A stretch of DNA of 62,201 bases, filler included, from Choristocarpus tenellus KU-1152 (GCA_964200185.2; 11 parts of 11 records of this genome joined end to end with filler, not necessarily neighbours in it); one strand, 5' to 3'; counted from the whole stretch's first letter, positions 1 to 12,560 are shown. The notes: generated by a model not told the origin, from the sequence alone. Made by a program: numbers and translations.

Positions 1-1047
1 CATACACAAAGGTCACTCTTCTAAATTTCAACCATCCATTCCTTTTTTTTTTTTTTTTAAAGGGGGTCGTGTGAGGCTTCACATTCTCTTATCTTCACTA
101 CTGAGAAATAGCATTACCTCCCAAGGTAATTTGCACAAAACCGATCGATTGGGAGGTTGCGTTTTTTGTTTCGGGATAGGTCCAGAGGGTAGGGATTATG
201 GCAGTTGGGCTCTGTCCTTCTGGAAGGGTACGCACCTGGTGTCCCTTCACCAAGGAAGTTCAGTGGTGTTGATTTCTTCTGCTAGCGTCTGGTAGTACAT
301 TGTGTATGGCATACGACGATACAGGCATCCTCACACATCTGTATCACAAGCTGGTTGGAGCGTTTCCTTTTAGTTGGAATTCGCACGGAACCTTTTCTGT
401 GTCAATTTCGTTCTCTACGTTTATGTGGGGGAAGAGAAGTGAAGTCTGGAATAACGTTCGATACGAACGGATAAAGAGTTTATTTTATATATGTGGACAA
501 GTGCTTTCTACTATAAAAGGGAAAGTTTATGAAATAATCTGAATTTTGTGGGCGGAAGAATTCTGGTCGGTTGGGGGCACGGGGCAAGGAAGGGGACAAG
601 AAAGAAATAAGTATCAACAAAGAAGGAACGAAGAGTTAAGGAGCGAGTGGTAGATTAAAGAAACAAGTGGCAGGCAGAGGCATGAGGAGAGAGGGGATGG
701 ACAGTATTGAATCGAGGAGGAAATCTGAGGCTGGGGTAACAAGGAAAGGGGTGCTAGATCAAGAGGACCCCCGAGCAAGCTTTCGAGCAAGTTTTCTAAG
801 TGAGTGGTAGAGACTACGGAGGCGCAGCAGGGGAGATAGAAACAGGGGAAAAGAGAACCGGGTCAACTTGAGGGAGTATGGCACAGAGAGGAGAGGGAGG
901 GATGGAAGAAAACAAGACATCCTGGAGGGATTCAGAGGGGAGACAGACAAAGAGAAGTGGGGGGGCAGAAGAAAGACACCCGAGGGATGGGAGGAATAAC
1001 AGGACCCAAGAGAAAAGGACAGGAGAGGAGAATTTTTAGCGCAGAGG

Positions 1048-2525
1048 ATGCGGGAGGAGATCGAGAGGGCTAGGAGAAACCTGGAGACAAGCGTCGAAGG
1101 AGTGAACGAGACGATGGGAGAAGGAGAAGGGAAACGAGAAGAAATCGAGGAAGAACCGAGCGAGTTCAATAAGCTCCAGTCGCTGTCAACAGAAGTAGCC
1201 AATCTGACGGTGAGGATGGACAGCATGATGGATATCCTGCGAGGGGGTGACACCAGGCAAACATTTCACGCCGATATGAAGGAAACATTGGCGGAGAGGA
1301 GAGGGGAGACCATGGAATGAGGAAGAACCAAAACGTGGTCGGCTATGGCCGAAAAATTGAAAGAGAAGTCACTGATCTTAATATGGAAAAAGGTCAACGT
1401 GAGGAAATACTTCGTTTTCTTTGGATATGTCCCCTTGTTCATTCAGGCAGGCGACGCCAAGGCTACAAGGAACGAACTTCAACGGATAGTCGACGATAAA
1501 GTGGACATTTCTGAGGCAGTGGCGGAGCAACTGGAGAACATGGTCAACTTCAACATAAGGGAGTTCATACCCAAAGGAGAGTGGGGAGGAGGACGAGTAA
1601 AGGAGACTATGAACTACCTGATAACTTCGATTGCTTTGTGGCAGCAGTAAGGGAAATATGCAAGTACGGAGAAGGCTGGACGCCGGGAAGGAGGAGAACA
1701 GAAAGAGTGGTGGGGGAACTAGAAGAAGCAAGATACAAGGTACGAACTTTTTATGGGGCCAACAAACCCACTATACTTGAACATCCAAGGATAGTAGATT
1801 TGGTATACCGAGCAGTGGAGGAGGATCTAGAAGTGTGGGCGAAAGAAATAGCAACAGCAGCAGACATTGTTGGCAATGATTAAAAGTGCCTTAGAGGGTA
1901 AGAGTTTTTCCCTCTTTGTCCATTTGGGACTTGGCTTCCCAAGGGTGTTTTGTGAAATTTTCCTACTCCAAAATGTTTTGGAGTAGGTATAATATATATG
2001 TTATGATAAGGTGTGTCCGGAACAGGGATATTGTCACTTCCTAACAAACATGATAGCCAAAATTACATCAAAATCGCAACACTGAATTTTTGCCCCCAAA
2101 TGGATGCGGCCCTACCCTCTAAGATACTTTGGCTCAATAAATTTAACGCCCCACCACCCCCCGAGACATGGATCCCACCACCCCCAACACCCACCTTTAC
2201 GAGTATGGAAGTCATGCTGAGCCAGGCAAGGAATATGCTACCTACGCTGTATAGCACAGAGTGGAGGTCAAGGTCGATGAAGAGGGCAGGAATGTGGGGG
2301 GAACAGAGATCGTCCAAATCTCCACGACCAGATGACAGGACTAAGGACAGAGCATCGAGTGGCAAGGGGAGGCCATATAACCCGTTTTACGCTTTTCAGG
2401 CGGGAAAGGATTGTGAATTCCTGAAAAAGCATTATTTCTGCAAGTTCGATCATTTCTTCGAGGGGGATGAAGATGCGGGGAAGGGAGTCAAGTCCAAGCA
2501 TGACTCTACCAAGAAGGACCCCTGA
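1048..2525 (+). pseudogene. Gag-like ORF1 of the YR retroelement, frameshifted and split by a MITE
   Basis: Coiled-coil, E-rich N-terminal fragments (1048-1320, 1581-1877). Removing MITE 1878-2135 plus one AAT rejoins ...ADIVGN|KFNAPPPPETW... in frame. A CCCH-like remnant (FYAFQAGKDCEFLKKHYFCKFDH) is near the C-terminus. Confidence 0.6.
1878..2135 (+). mobile_element. MITE family A, copy 1 (258 bp), TSD AAT
   Basis: TIR consensus GAG(T/C)(G/C)AAAGTATCTTAGAGGGTA ... TACCCTCTAAGATACTTTGGCTC. Flanked by AAT on both sides. Excision restores the gag frame. Confidence 0.9.
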
Positions 2526-2959
2526 GGGTGCGGGCCCATCCCCGGGGGGGATGGGCCGGCAAGACAGGACCAGTGGAGTTCAGTACTAACCACAACATGC
2601 GCATTGAACGACAGGGATTCCGCGACCAGGGTCTTTGCACCGGCCAATCAAAGGTAGAGAGGATGGGGGAAGGAAAAGGAATTAAGTTAATGAGTGGTTT
2701 GAAGTTTGGGAGAGGTTAAAAAGAGAAAAAGAACTTGATTTAGCAGGGGCAGAGTTGAGAAAGTTAGCAAAGAAAGGAGAAGTATTGCTTGACAAGTACT
2801 AGGGGGACTTGGGGGAAGTAGTAGGTAGGTTGGGTGAGAGATGGGGCCCTCAACATTTGAAGTGGGAAGAGATTGATAGACATTTTGGAAAGAAGGAGGG
2901 ATTCCCCCAGATAGAGAGACTCCAGCAGTTACTGCAATCAGGGGAACGGGTAAGGGGGA

Positions 2960-3785
2960 GTGGACGAGAGGTTGGGTTATGGTAACCATAGGAGCGTGGG
3001 GAATCATAGTAAGGCCCTTTTAGAAACGATTATAGCGGATGTGCTTCAGGGTAGGGCATTGGTGTTCCCCAAAACTGCATGGATGAAGATTCAAGGTATA
3101 CAGGTGTCCCCAGCTGGTGTAATCCAAGAATCAACAAAGGTGAGGACTATTCATGACTTGCCGTGCCAGGAAGAGGGGTGGGGTCTGAGTGTGAATGAAC
3201 AGACGGATTTAAAGGATGCCCCCCCAGTACATTGTGGAACAGTGTTGGAGGATGTGATTGGGAGGATTGTGGGGGGCTGAGGAAGAAATTCCCCAGAGCA
3301 AGAATTATGATAAGTAAGGTAGATATTAAGGATGCGTTTCGCCAAGTCCCAGTAGAAGCAAAGGGGGCAGCTAAGGTTGGGTACTGTGTAGTAGAGGAAA
3401 TTGTCATTGACGTTAGGCTTCAATTTGGATGGAAGAATAGCCCAGGGTGGTGGGACCTAATGGCGAGTGCGTTAAGAATGTTCCCATTGTCACACAAAAC
3501 CCCAGTCGGCAGTCATACTCAAGGAGGCAGAAGAAATGACCATAGGGGTAAGCCACTCGCAACAGAAGGGGGGGAGGGAGGTGTGTGAGAGTTAGATGAA
3601 ACATGGAAGGTTCCCAAAGTGGTAGGGGGGGAGTAGAGGACACGTTGTTTGCCAGGATGTATGTAGATGACAGTATTCTAGTGGAGGCACAATGGTTTGA
3701 GGATGGGAGGAGATTGAAGTTGATGACAAACTCACTAGTGTAGGACTACATAAGATTGCTGGGGGAGAGACAGGTAGAGGAGCCA
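2960..3785 (+). pseudogene. Reverse transcriptase of a DIRS/Ngaro-type element (frameshifted, truncated)
   Basis: Motifs VSPAGVIQESTKVRTIHDL, KVDIKDAFRQVPV, DVRLQFGWKNSPGWW and catalytic YVDD at 3660-3671. Confidence 0.85.
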
Positions 3786-3799
3786 CACAAAAACAGGCA

Positions 3800-4500
3800 G
3801 TCAGCCTAGAACAAGGAGACCTCTGACATGGAGAATGATTGTAAAAACAAAACATTATACTGGGATGTTAGGAAGGGAGGGTAATTTGACGAGACTAGGA
3901 TTGGGGTTCTCTTTCTTTTTCTTGGCGAGAGCGTCAGAGCTCTGGGCGTATGATGAAGGGAGGGGGGTGCATGGAGATTTTGCGGTAAGGAGGAGAGATA
4001 TAGTATGGGGGAAAGGGGTAGAGAGAATAGGGTGGGAGGACAGACACAAAGCAGAACGAGTCGAGGTAACATTCAGGGGGTCAAAGGGGGACGAGGGTAG
4101 GAAGGGAGCAGTGTTGACAAGGTTCAGAGTGAAGGAAGGAAGAGGGGAAGGGAGTATGGGGGTTTTTGAGGTAGTACTAGCAATTATAGAATTTTTCCCA
4201 GAGCTACCTCCAGATGCCCCACTGATGATATTTAGAGAGGGAGAGAGGTGGAGGGTGGTGACGAGGGGGCAAGCAACGTGTTTACTGACAAGGACGGTAA
4301 AAGAACTTAAGTTGAAACCAGAAGAGTATGCGTTGCATTCAGGAAGGATAGGGGGGGCCACAAGGCTGGCGATTATGGGAGTTCCAAAATGGTAATCCAG
4401 AGGGAGGGTAGATGGAAGTCGAGGGTGTTCATGGTGTATGTCAGGGTCAACCAGAGGGACTCGATGGGAGTATCAGAGGGTCTGGCAGAGAGTAGGAAGG
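3800..4500 (+). pseudogene. Tyrosine recombinase catalytic domain of the retroelement
   Basis: RRPLT, FFFLARASEL, FRGSKGD, YALHSGRIGGAT and, after a frameshift near 4390, IQREGRWKSRVFMVYVR. This gives the R-K-HxxR-W-Y signature. Confidence 0.9.
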
Positions 4501-4787
4501 ATTGGGTTCAACCGGGGCAGGATAGACAGGTTGAGCTAGGAGAAACCAACCCCGAAGGGGAGGGGAGGTCAAATTCGGGCGGGGTGGGTGTCTTCTAGCT
4601 CAAAGGCGCGGTAGGAAGGAGATGATGAGGGGGAGTTCTTGGATGATTGGGGAGTGGTGTTGAGTAGTGTGGGGTTGAGGGGTGTCCAATGGTGGAGGGG
4701 AGTGGTAAGTGGGGTGGGGTTTACTGGAGTGGTAACTGGTGTGGGGGTGAGTGGGTTGAATAGGGGTGAAAGGGGTGGTAGAGACCG

Positions 4788-4998
4788 GGAATCAGTGGCG
4801 AAGGGGTCGCACTGGCTGGTCATCGGATGGGGGGGGTGACGAGAAATCAGTGGCGAAAGGGGTTCGCCCGGGTGGTCATCGGATGGAAGGGGTGACTGGA
4901 AATCAGTGGCAAAAGGGGTTTGCCCTGGTTGGTCATCAGAGTTGGGGTGGCTGGAAATCAGTGGCAAAGGGGTTTTGCCCTGGTTGGTCACAAGGGGG
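4788..4998 (+). repeat. Tandem repeat, 4 units of about 56 bp
   Basis: GAAATCAGTGGC(G/A)AAAGGGG...GGTCATC(G/A)GA is repeated four times. Confidence 0.85.
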
Positions 4999-5793
4999 GT
5001 TAGAATAGGGAGAGGAGAGGATTAGGGAGGAATGCAAAAATAGAAAATAAATAATAATATAATCCAGAATTCGTGAGCAAAACAAAATGCCCAAAATGTA
5101 TGATATTTTATTTTATTATGCCCTCCAACATTTATTAGACGTGTCAGCGAAAAGCCAACTCAATATCATAAAGACCCCTGGTATCACTAACCACAAAGCG
5201 GTGGATATTTGTAACTATTGTCAGACACGACCCCGTCCCCTGAACTGAAACCCATCTTATTTATCAAACACAACGTTACCAAGGGAATGGTGTGCACAGA
5301 ACATGATCTATTTCAACAATTCAGAATTCTGTGTTTGTCGCTTCGACGGTAATAATTGCACACAGACCTTAATGCCACCATGTATCTTTGTTTTTCGCGA
5401 GACTGTGTCCTTCTGCATGGACATATTTAGACCAGCTCACCCCTGCTACCCAGGCACAGCCCCCCCTTGCCCCTTTCCTCCTATTGTTGCTGAAGTATTG
5501 TGACTGCTAGCTGGAGGGTCTTCTCCTTCTCTTCTCCCCCCCTGCACAGCTACCTCGGATTTCCCAGGCACAACCCCACCTGGTCTCCCTTTCCTCCTAG
5601 CATGATGATGGGCATACCATTGGGGAAGTGAGAAGTGACATGTGCTCTCCGGCCAACCGAAAAGCTTTGTGGGCCCAGATGATGTTCCAGTGGAACTCGT
5701 ATACCTGGGACTTTTATGAGGGCCCCTTCCTCTGAGGTCTAATGCAATATCATCATCCTTTATTATGGGACGGTGAGATGACGTCACTCACAA

Positions 5794-7030
5794 GTGGGAG
5801 GACACTGTCATTAAAACCATCCACAACGAGAGGGATCGAGCTAATGTGGGAACTACTGGGGTATCTCACTGGTACCACACGCTGGTAAAGCACTCCTCAG
5901 AGTTGTTGCATGGTGCCTAGGAACATTCGTTGCACAGGAGGGCACATTACCAAAAGGAGCAATGTGGATTCTGACCTAGACAATCGACCTTTCACATGAT
6001 GTGCATGGTATGTCTTACTCAAATTCAGGGGAGAGAAAGGTGTTCCTTTGTACATGTTGTGTTTCATTTGACCCGAAAAAAGGCAGGTAACTCTGTTAAT
6101 TGAGATCTTCTAGAGACAGCATTGCCAAATTTGGGTTGCCAGCTAAGATGATTTTGATCGTTGTCAATTCTTTATCCGAGTGCAGGCTTGTGTGCATATG
6201 GATGACGGTGGATGCTCAGACTTGTTCAATGTTAAACATGGTCTATTTCAAGGGCGTGTTCTCACCCCATTACTGTATTTTATCTTTTCTACTGCAATGC
6301 TTACCATTACACTTCATCACCGAAGAGGATATCCCTGAGTAAGATTACGTCTGGAGAGCTAAGAAGAAACACCAGGCCCTTACACAGGGGGAAGGACACC
6401 AAGAGATACCTTCCCAGTTGCTCAGATTGTGGCGTATGGTTTATGTTGATAATGCCAGCTTTGTGTCAATGGCTCAAGAGAGTTTGGTCCAAACGACGAC
6501 TGTGATTGTCATACTATGTGAGGCATTGAACTGACTGTGTCGGAGAAGAAGATGGATACTATATGCCTCTGGGTCCCCAACAGGTCAGCACAGGAAACAA
6601 ACATTGAAGGTGAAGAACAGCAGCATCGGCAGACTGTCATGTTTGCCCATCTCAAAGATTAACTCAGTCATCCACGTAATACGTTGTAACCAGAAGGCAT
6701 TAGGGCACTTCAAGAAATATAGGAGAATGTTATATGACCGAGCAGTAGGTGTACCACTTGAGCTAAATGTTTGGATACTCTCAAAGCCAGAGTACTCGAG
6801 ACCCTGCTGTGTGCCCCAGAACCTCGTCATGGGAGAAATCAACACTCAGAAGCCAAGGCGGGAGAGGGGAGGTCTAGAGAAGAACTGGTGGTAGTCCCTC
6901 CAAGACCACGTAAAGGATTCTCACATTACAGCTGATCAGTGGGTTCCTCTTGCAATAGACTCAAAACAGGTGGCAAATATATGTGGAGGTTAGAGCTAAA
7001 TGCTCAATGGATGCCTGCCATATCTCTGTG
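5794..7030 (+). mobile_element. Degenerate non-LTR retrotransposon (LINE) RT fragment
   Basis: Across frameshifts: [30 protein letters not shown], a QG-VLSP-like segment and LWRMVYVDN (YADD equivalent, about 6440-6453). Confidence 0.8.
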
Positions 7031-8286
7031 GTCAACGCAGTCACAGTCCGTCAGTGAAAGCAGCCTTGACCACCAATCACGTCTGATAATGCCTGCTGGA
7101 CTTTTACTTTTTGGAGGGGAAGGGGAAAGGAGAATTCCCTTGCCTAACCTAAGATAGTCTTCTTGGTATTAACGATAGTAGGCTGTATCTAGTGGGAGAA
7201 GGGCTCAAACTAGATTATCTAAAGTACTTATGGATGTGTGCCCATTCTTGAACTAATCATGGTCCTTAATGCTGGAGCTGATCCTTGTTTTTTTTCTGCA
7301 TTTTACTTTATATCTCTATGGACTTTACTAATGGGTTTGCCTTTTTTTTCAGCATAGAGATCCTATCTATGTTTTTTTGCTTCTCTTTTACATTGCCTTG
7401 CTGATTACGGGCTCAAGTGTGCTTGCTCTATGTCATTACTTCCTTCTCCACAACAGTGACTGCCACTTTTTATTTATTTCAAGGATCACTGTAACATGCT
7501 TCGACCTATTTCGTCACTAACCAATCAACCAAACTAGTCAATTGCTGCTGGGCACAATGAGTACTGACTAGCCTAGCTGGTGGACCTTTCCCTCCTCTTA
7601 ACCCCCCAACACAGTCCCCCTTGTTACCAATGCATAGCTTTGTGCTTTTGAGAGGTCTGTGGTACCTTATCATGTCCATGAAAGATTAGTAGTGGCCCAT
7701 TATTATGGTTGTTGTAAATGAGACAGGGGTTTAATAAAAAAGGATGACCTAATCAACAAGATTGTTGCAACCTGCTGATATTAGTGCAAGTAACTGTGTA
7801 GACAAAGCTTCAAGAAGAGGTTGTAATGTGAGGCATAGGGACCAAGCACATACAAGGATGTCTCTGTAAGAGACACCCAAGAAAAGAAAGATATCTTTGC
7901 TTCATGTTCATTTGAGGCACAGATATTAATCCATGAGATAAATGAAAAGCAGACCATTCTTGGTTTTATTAACTAGAGTGTTGGCCCATAGCTCCCATAA
8001 TCAGCGTTTTCCACACATTGGAAGGTCTGAAATAGAAAAGTTCATGTCTCCATTCGTCTAAATAGTAGCTTGAGCGGCATCCTCACGTTGTCAGTTCCAA
8101 GTAGCAGGAAATACGTTGAAAAAGTACATTTGGTGGGGTATTTGTCTATAAATTTCACTGTGGTTCAACTTGAAAGGGGGCACTATCATACTGAAACAAA
8201 AGAAGTGCAAATAGATGGCAAACAGTGATAAGTACCAACAAATTTTGGCCGCTGAGGTTAATGAATGCAAACCAACCCAAAATGTC

Positions 8287-9391
8287 CAAGGTTTTCACTG
8301 GTCTAGGTAGTTAGCATGTACACTGTCGCCCATATGGTTACGGGCTGGTCTGCGACGCAGCCATTTTGAAACATTTGATGGGCATGGACGCAGTCATGTT
8401 TGAACTTGATTGTACATGGTGGGCTGGTGACCCTGGTCATGTTTGGTAGTGACAGCCATGGACTCGACCATATTCCAACTTGGTTGTACATGACTGGCAG
8501 TGACCCCAGACATGTTGAGCAATGACAACATGGTCTTGGACATATTAGAACATTTTATCTATGGCTTACCACATAATATTTTTAGACACTCAGGTCAGCC
8601 ACGTCATGGCCACACCTCCCTATTTGCCATTCACTCAATTTTATCATGTATCCTGTACTAATACTACATACTAAAATCTAAGATATTTTTATATTGATGT
8701 TTCTACATTTTCTATTTTACTATTATAAAGACTACTAAAACTCAGAGTTGAATTTAATTACATTGTTGCGTGTTTAGATGGTTGAGGGCATTTGTGACTT
8801 GAGATGTAGTTTGACACTATATTTAGACACTGTATTTCGACATTCATTTATCTAGGGTCAAATGTGTAAAATAGTAAATACATAAATGGCAAAAAATACC
8901 ATGGATATGTTACATGCCTCCTGATAATCTCACAGGATATATGTGTATGTTTTTCACGATTTCGAACCAAGAGAGTTCAGAGAAGATTTGAAAGAGTACT
9001 ATCTATGTACGCATACTGGAGTATAACTAAATCTTTGACATATATATACATAATTCCCATCATGAACTAGTACAATACGTAGTGGACGTGGTCTGGACAT
9101 GCCAAAAAAGTTAAGACCGGTTGGTGTGCAGACATGGACTGGTACAATTTCCCAGTGAATATGGTCAGGACATTTTAGAGAATGGTAGACCCGGTCCAGC
9201 CAGCGGGCATGGATATAACACCCGATTTACATGGTCTGGGCGTTTTAGAGAATGTTTGACCTGATCCGGCTAACAGTTGTGGACCGATCCAGCACCTAGT
9301 GGACATGGACTGGGACATGTTAAATAATTGTGGGACCCCTCTGTCAGTGGACAGAACTTTTTTTCATTTGCCGACCCAGTGAAAATCCCTG
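8287..9391. mobile_element. Non-autonomous hAT-like element with subterminal repeats
   Basis: Imperfect TIRs CAAGGTTTTCACTGG ... CCAGTGAAAATCCCTG. Flanking 8-mers AAAATGTC and AAAGTATC match at 6/8 positions. Degenerate CATGG/GGAC-rich repeats lie near both ends. Confidence 0.5.
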
Positions 9392-9467
9392 AAAGTATCC
9401 GTATTGGAGGGGTACTCGACTCTCCAGTGTATACCATTGGGTGTAAAGCAAGGCAAGCACCCTGCCT

Positions 9468-9567
9468 NNNNNNNNNNNNNNNNNNNNNNNNNNNNNNNNN
9501 NNNNNNNNNNNTTAATTAATTAANNNNNNNNNNNNNNNNNNNNNNNNNNNNNNNNNNNNNNNNNNNN
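9468..9567. other. Artificial contig linker; also at 12461, 17387, 21967, 27373, 31123, 36755, 40659, 45335 and 48114 (100 bp each)
   Basis: Identical N44-TTAATTAATTAA-N44 spacers that place stop codons in all six frames. Confidence 0.97.
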
Positions 9568-9604
9568 CTCACAAACCACCCCCCTCCCCCAGATACTTTG
9601 ACCC
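9568..9604. mobile_element. MITE family B terminal fragment at contig start
   Basis: CCCCCAGATACTTTGACCC matches the family B TIR. Confidence 0.6.
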
Positions 9605-9964
9605 TTGAATCGCTTTCAGCAAGTGACCTTACCTGCTTGCAATCCCCAGACGCCTGTCCCCGTAACTTCTGTAATCCCATGGAGAGATGTATTCAGCCCT
9701 GTACATGCAGTGAATGTGTCTGCATGTTTACTAACATCGCTGAAACAAGAAGTAGCCAAGTCTGTGGACCTACAACCTATTACTGTTCACACCTTCCCCT
9801 AAGCATATGCCAGTTCTCTCTTTAATACACCTCCTGATGAGCAGATCCCTTGATCTGAAGGCATGCGATCACAGCGAGAGAACCAATACCTTTGTACAGA
9901 GGTGGATCGATACTGGGCAGAAGAACCCACCGTAGCATATTCTTCCGCCTGCACGTCTATGAGA

Positions 9965-10157
9965 GGCTCAAAGTGGCTCAAAGTATCTAGAGGGAAGTGA
10001 CGGCTGTCCATTTAGGGTCAATTTTTTCATATCGCGATTTTGGGGTTATTTGGTTGCATACGTCCGATGGATAATGTAAATGCATTTTTCCCGATTTTGA
10101 CCCAAATGGACACCCTGGTGTAGATCCCCATCCCCCCCCCCACAGATACTTTGAGCC
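9965..10157 (-). mobile_element. MITE family B copy with duplicated terminal 10-mer, TSD AGA
   Basis: GGCTCAAAGT-GGCTCAAAGTATCT ... AGATACTTTGAGCC, with AGA on both flanks. Confidence 0.85.
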
Positions 10158-12085
10158 AGAAATTCACGGACCAGTTTTCCTCATCATTTTGTCAAACCCC
10201 CAGCTATGCTCAGTCACGTATAGGCCAGCATTGTAGCACTACACAATGTCAAATGTGTCGCTACACAGAATTTCGTGGTGACCATTCAACACATACGTGC
10301 CTTGACATCCCTGAGCCTCCTCTCACCGGCCTTTCTTGCTAGAGGGTAAAAGGCTCGTAGACAGCAAGGGCAAGAGGATAGGGAGTATGCTGATCGTTGC
10401 GGAAATCAACCCCTGAGATATGCTATTTGTGAAGATAATGAAGACCCCAGCCAAATAGAAGTTAGGAAAAGGAGGAAGGTACGAAACTCACACAACCCCT
10501 TCGCTAGAGCATAAAAAGTCACATGTTGTGGAAATAGGAAGAGTGACTGGTGTGCATTCTTGCTGAAGTGTCTTTGTTATTATTCGTAACAAAAATACCT
10601 TCATCAACACCTTACAGTTGAAATATCATTGTCTGGTTGTATATTTACTACATTCTCATATATGTCGTCATACATGAAACATACTGTTATGACAATTATA
10701 TTATGATAGTCTAACTAAATAACCGTAAGTTATCAAGCAGTCTGAATTTGTCTCATTAGCAACGTATTATGGAAAAGTCAAGCGTAGACTCATACATAAA
10801 AAATGAATGTTTGCACAGAAGTCCTATTCTGCATATTGGCCACTGTACTCCTCGACCCTAGAGCCTCCCAGATAGAACAGTCACCTGTGCTTGGGAAGGA
10901 TCCTGATCTCATTAACACCATCGAAGGGAGTGACAAGTGTCGTAAGTTGACAATGGTCACACTACTTACTCCTCAAGCATTGTCTGTAGCCTGTTCGCTC
11001 GTCTTAAATTGTTTTTTTCCCTTAGTTTAGTCGAGGGTCGTATGATATTATTCCAACTTGTTTAAATAGTTCTTTATGCAGGTATCCATCTAGACGATGA
11101 CCTTTTTATCATTTTAGATTGTACATTAGTCACCGTTGAAGAACACGAGGAAGATGACTTAACTAGGGAGTTAATTTGAGTGTGATGTGTGCTTGCTTGG
11201 TTACACGTTGTATGTACCCCGGAATATTATTGAGGCTAATATATCACGCTCCTAATTTAAGCGTAGTAGTAACATGCATTGTGTGTGTACTACAAGACAC
11301 TATAGATTTAAATGTATTATGTTTGTTATTTCAGTAGTAGGGAAAACATGAGCTTGAAGAGGTGGGTTGTGGAAAAGCTATAATTTGAACAAATCTTTGA
11401 TCGAAGAAAAATCATACTCCCTCCTACTTTGGTCGAGGCCATATTGAAATGCTGTTCCGTAGCAATTACTCTTCCTCCCGCTTGAGGTGGTAGTGGTGTT
11501 TTGGTATAGCAGCAAGAAAATAAGAGGACCAAGTAGACGAAGCACGGATTGAGCAAAGTAGCCCAACAACATTTACCTTGGTCCTAGGAACCTAGGTGTG
11601 TGTGAATTCGTAGCTCTTCCTTGCCAGGGTTAGCCGAAGTGCGGGAAGGTAAAGAGCAAGTTTACAAACCACAATGTGCTTGAACATCCTTCTGGATAGT
11701 ACCCTACGCATTTTGGTGTGGGCTGGTGCGAAGTAGAACGTCGATTAGCCATACAAACATAACAAACACGAATTATTAAATCTCAGTACCAGTGGGTGAC
11801 GATGCAGAGGTTCTTCAGACAAGCATGGGGTACATAATCTATTTCAAATTGTATTTAAGTTCCATGTGTGGCAGGAAGTACAGGAAAGACTGTTTTTTAC
11901 GGAGCATTATTGTCCTTCCGTTATTTCTTTGCGTAAAGTGACATATATTTTGTCAGCGTTTTGAGACAGGAACTGATTGAACCAAATGCATAGAAGTATA
12001 TGACCCAGAGGAGATGCCAAGCCTCTATGTGGTAGTAAGTAGGGCGGATGCCACGTGACCTCTAGCAAGCAAAGTGGGCTGCAAC

Positions 12086-12344
12086 GAGTGGAAGTATCTT
12101 AGAGGGTACGAGTTTTACCCTGTTTGTCCATTTGGGGCTTGGCTTCCCATGGGGTTTTTATGATATTTTGCCTACTCCAAAATGTTTGGGAGTAGGTAAT
12201 ATGTATATGTTATGAAATGGTGTGTCCGGAACAAGGATACTGACACTTCCTAACAAATACGACAGATAAAATTACATGGAGATTGCAACATTGGATTTTG
12301 GCCCCCAAATGGTCGCGGCCCTACCATCTACGATACTTTGACTC
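12086..12344 (+). mobile_element. MITE family A, copy 2, TSD AAC
   Basis: Full-length match to 1878-2135 with TIRs, flanked by AAC on both sides. Confidence 0.9.
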
Positions 12345-12391
12345 AACCATGGAGATGACTGGCCTTAACCATAATAATAACACATGCATCT

Positions 12392-12460
12392 GACCGAACG
12401 TATCTGTGGGGGGGGGGGGGGGTCTACCCCAGGGTGGCCCTTTGGGCCAAAACAAGGAAA
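12392..12460 (+). mobile_element. MITE family B partial copy at contig end
   Basis: GACCGAACGTATCTG, poly-G, GTCTACCCCAGGGTG. Confidence 0.65.
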
Positions 12461-12560
12461 NNNNNNNNNNNNNNNNNNNNNNNNNNNNNNNNNNNNNNNN
12501 NNNNTTAATTAATTAANNNNNNNNNNNNNNNNNNNNNNNNNNNNNNNNNNNNNNNNNNNN

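Larger units (their letters stand above)
550..5030 (+). mobile_element. Degenerate tyrosine-recombinase retrotransposon (DIRS/Ngaro-type): gag-like ORF, RT, tyrosine recombinase; boundaries approximate
   Basis: Gag-like, RT and YR remnants lie in order on the + strand with a strong purine skew. Terminal repeats were not resolved. Confidence 0.85.

Noticed and set aside
2013-2525. Recurrent ORFs starting ILTLPNKHDSQNYIKIATL as a small gene family (also 15568, 16189, 40957, 46224)
   Set aside because: These are translations of MITE-A sequence running into unrelated flanks.
3835-4395. Phage integrase or prophage
   Set aside because: It follows gag-like and RT remnants on the same strand, so it belongs to a YR retrotransposon.
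4788-4998. CRISPR-like array (also considered at 20854-21008 and 42215-42436)
   Set aside because: The inter-repeat parts are similar to each other rather than unique spacers, there are no cas genes, and the context is eukaryotic.
63-5234. GGGGTCGTGT ... ACACGACCCC as inverted termini of the YR element
   Set aside because: The match is only 10 bp with no extension, which is compatible with chance.
9512-9523. Recurrent TTAATTAATTAA palindrome as a biological repeat
   Set aside because: It is always centred in exact N44 flanks, so it is an assembly linker.
9834-9865. Hammerhead ribozyme (CTGATGA followed by a CAGATC/GATCTG hairpin)
   Set aside because: There is no GAAA after the stem, and no stem I/III pairing was found.
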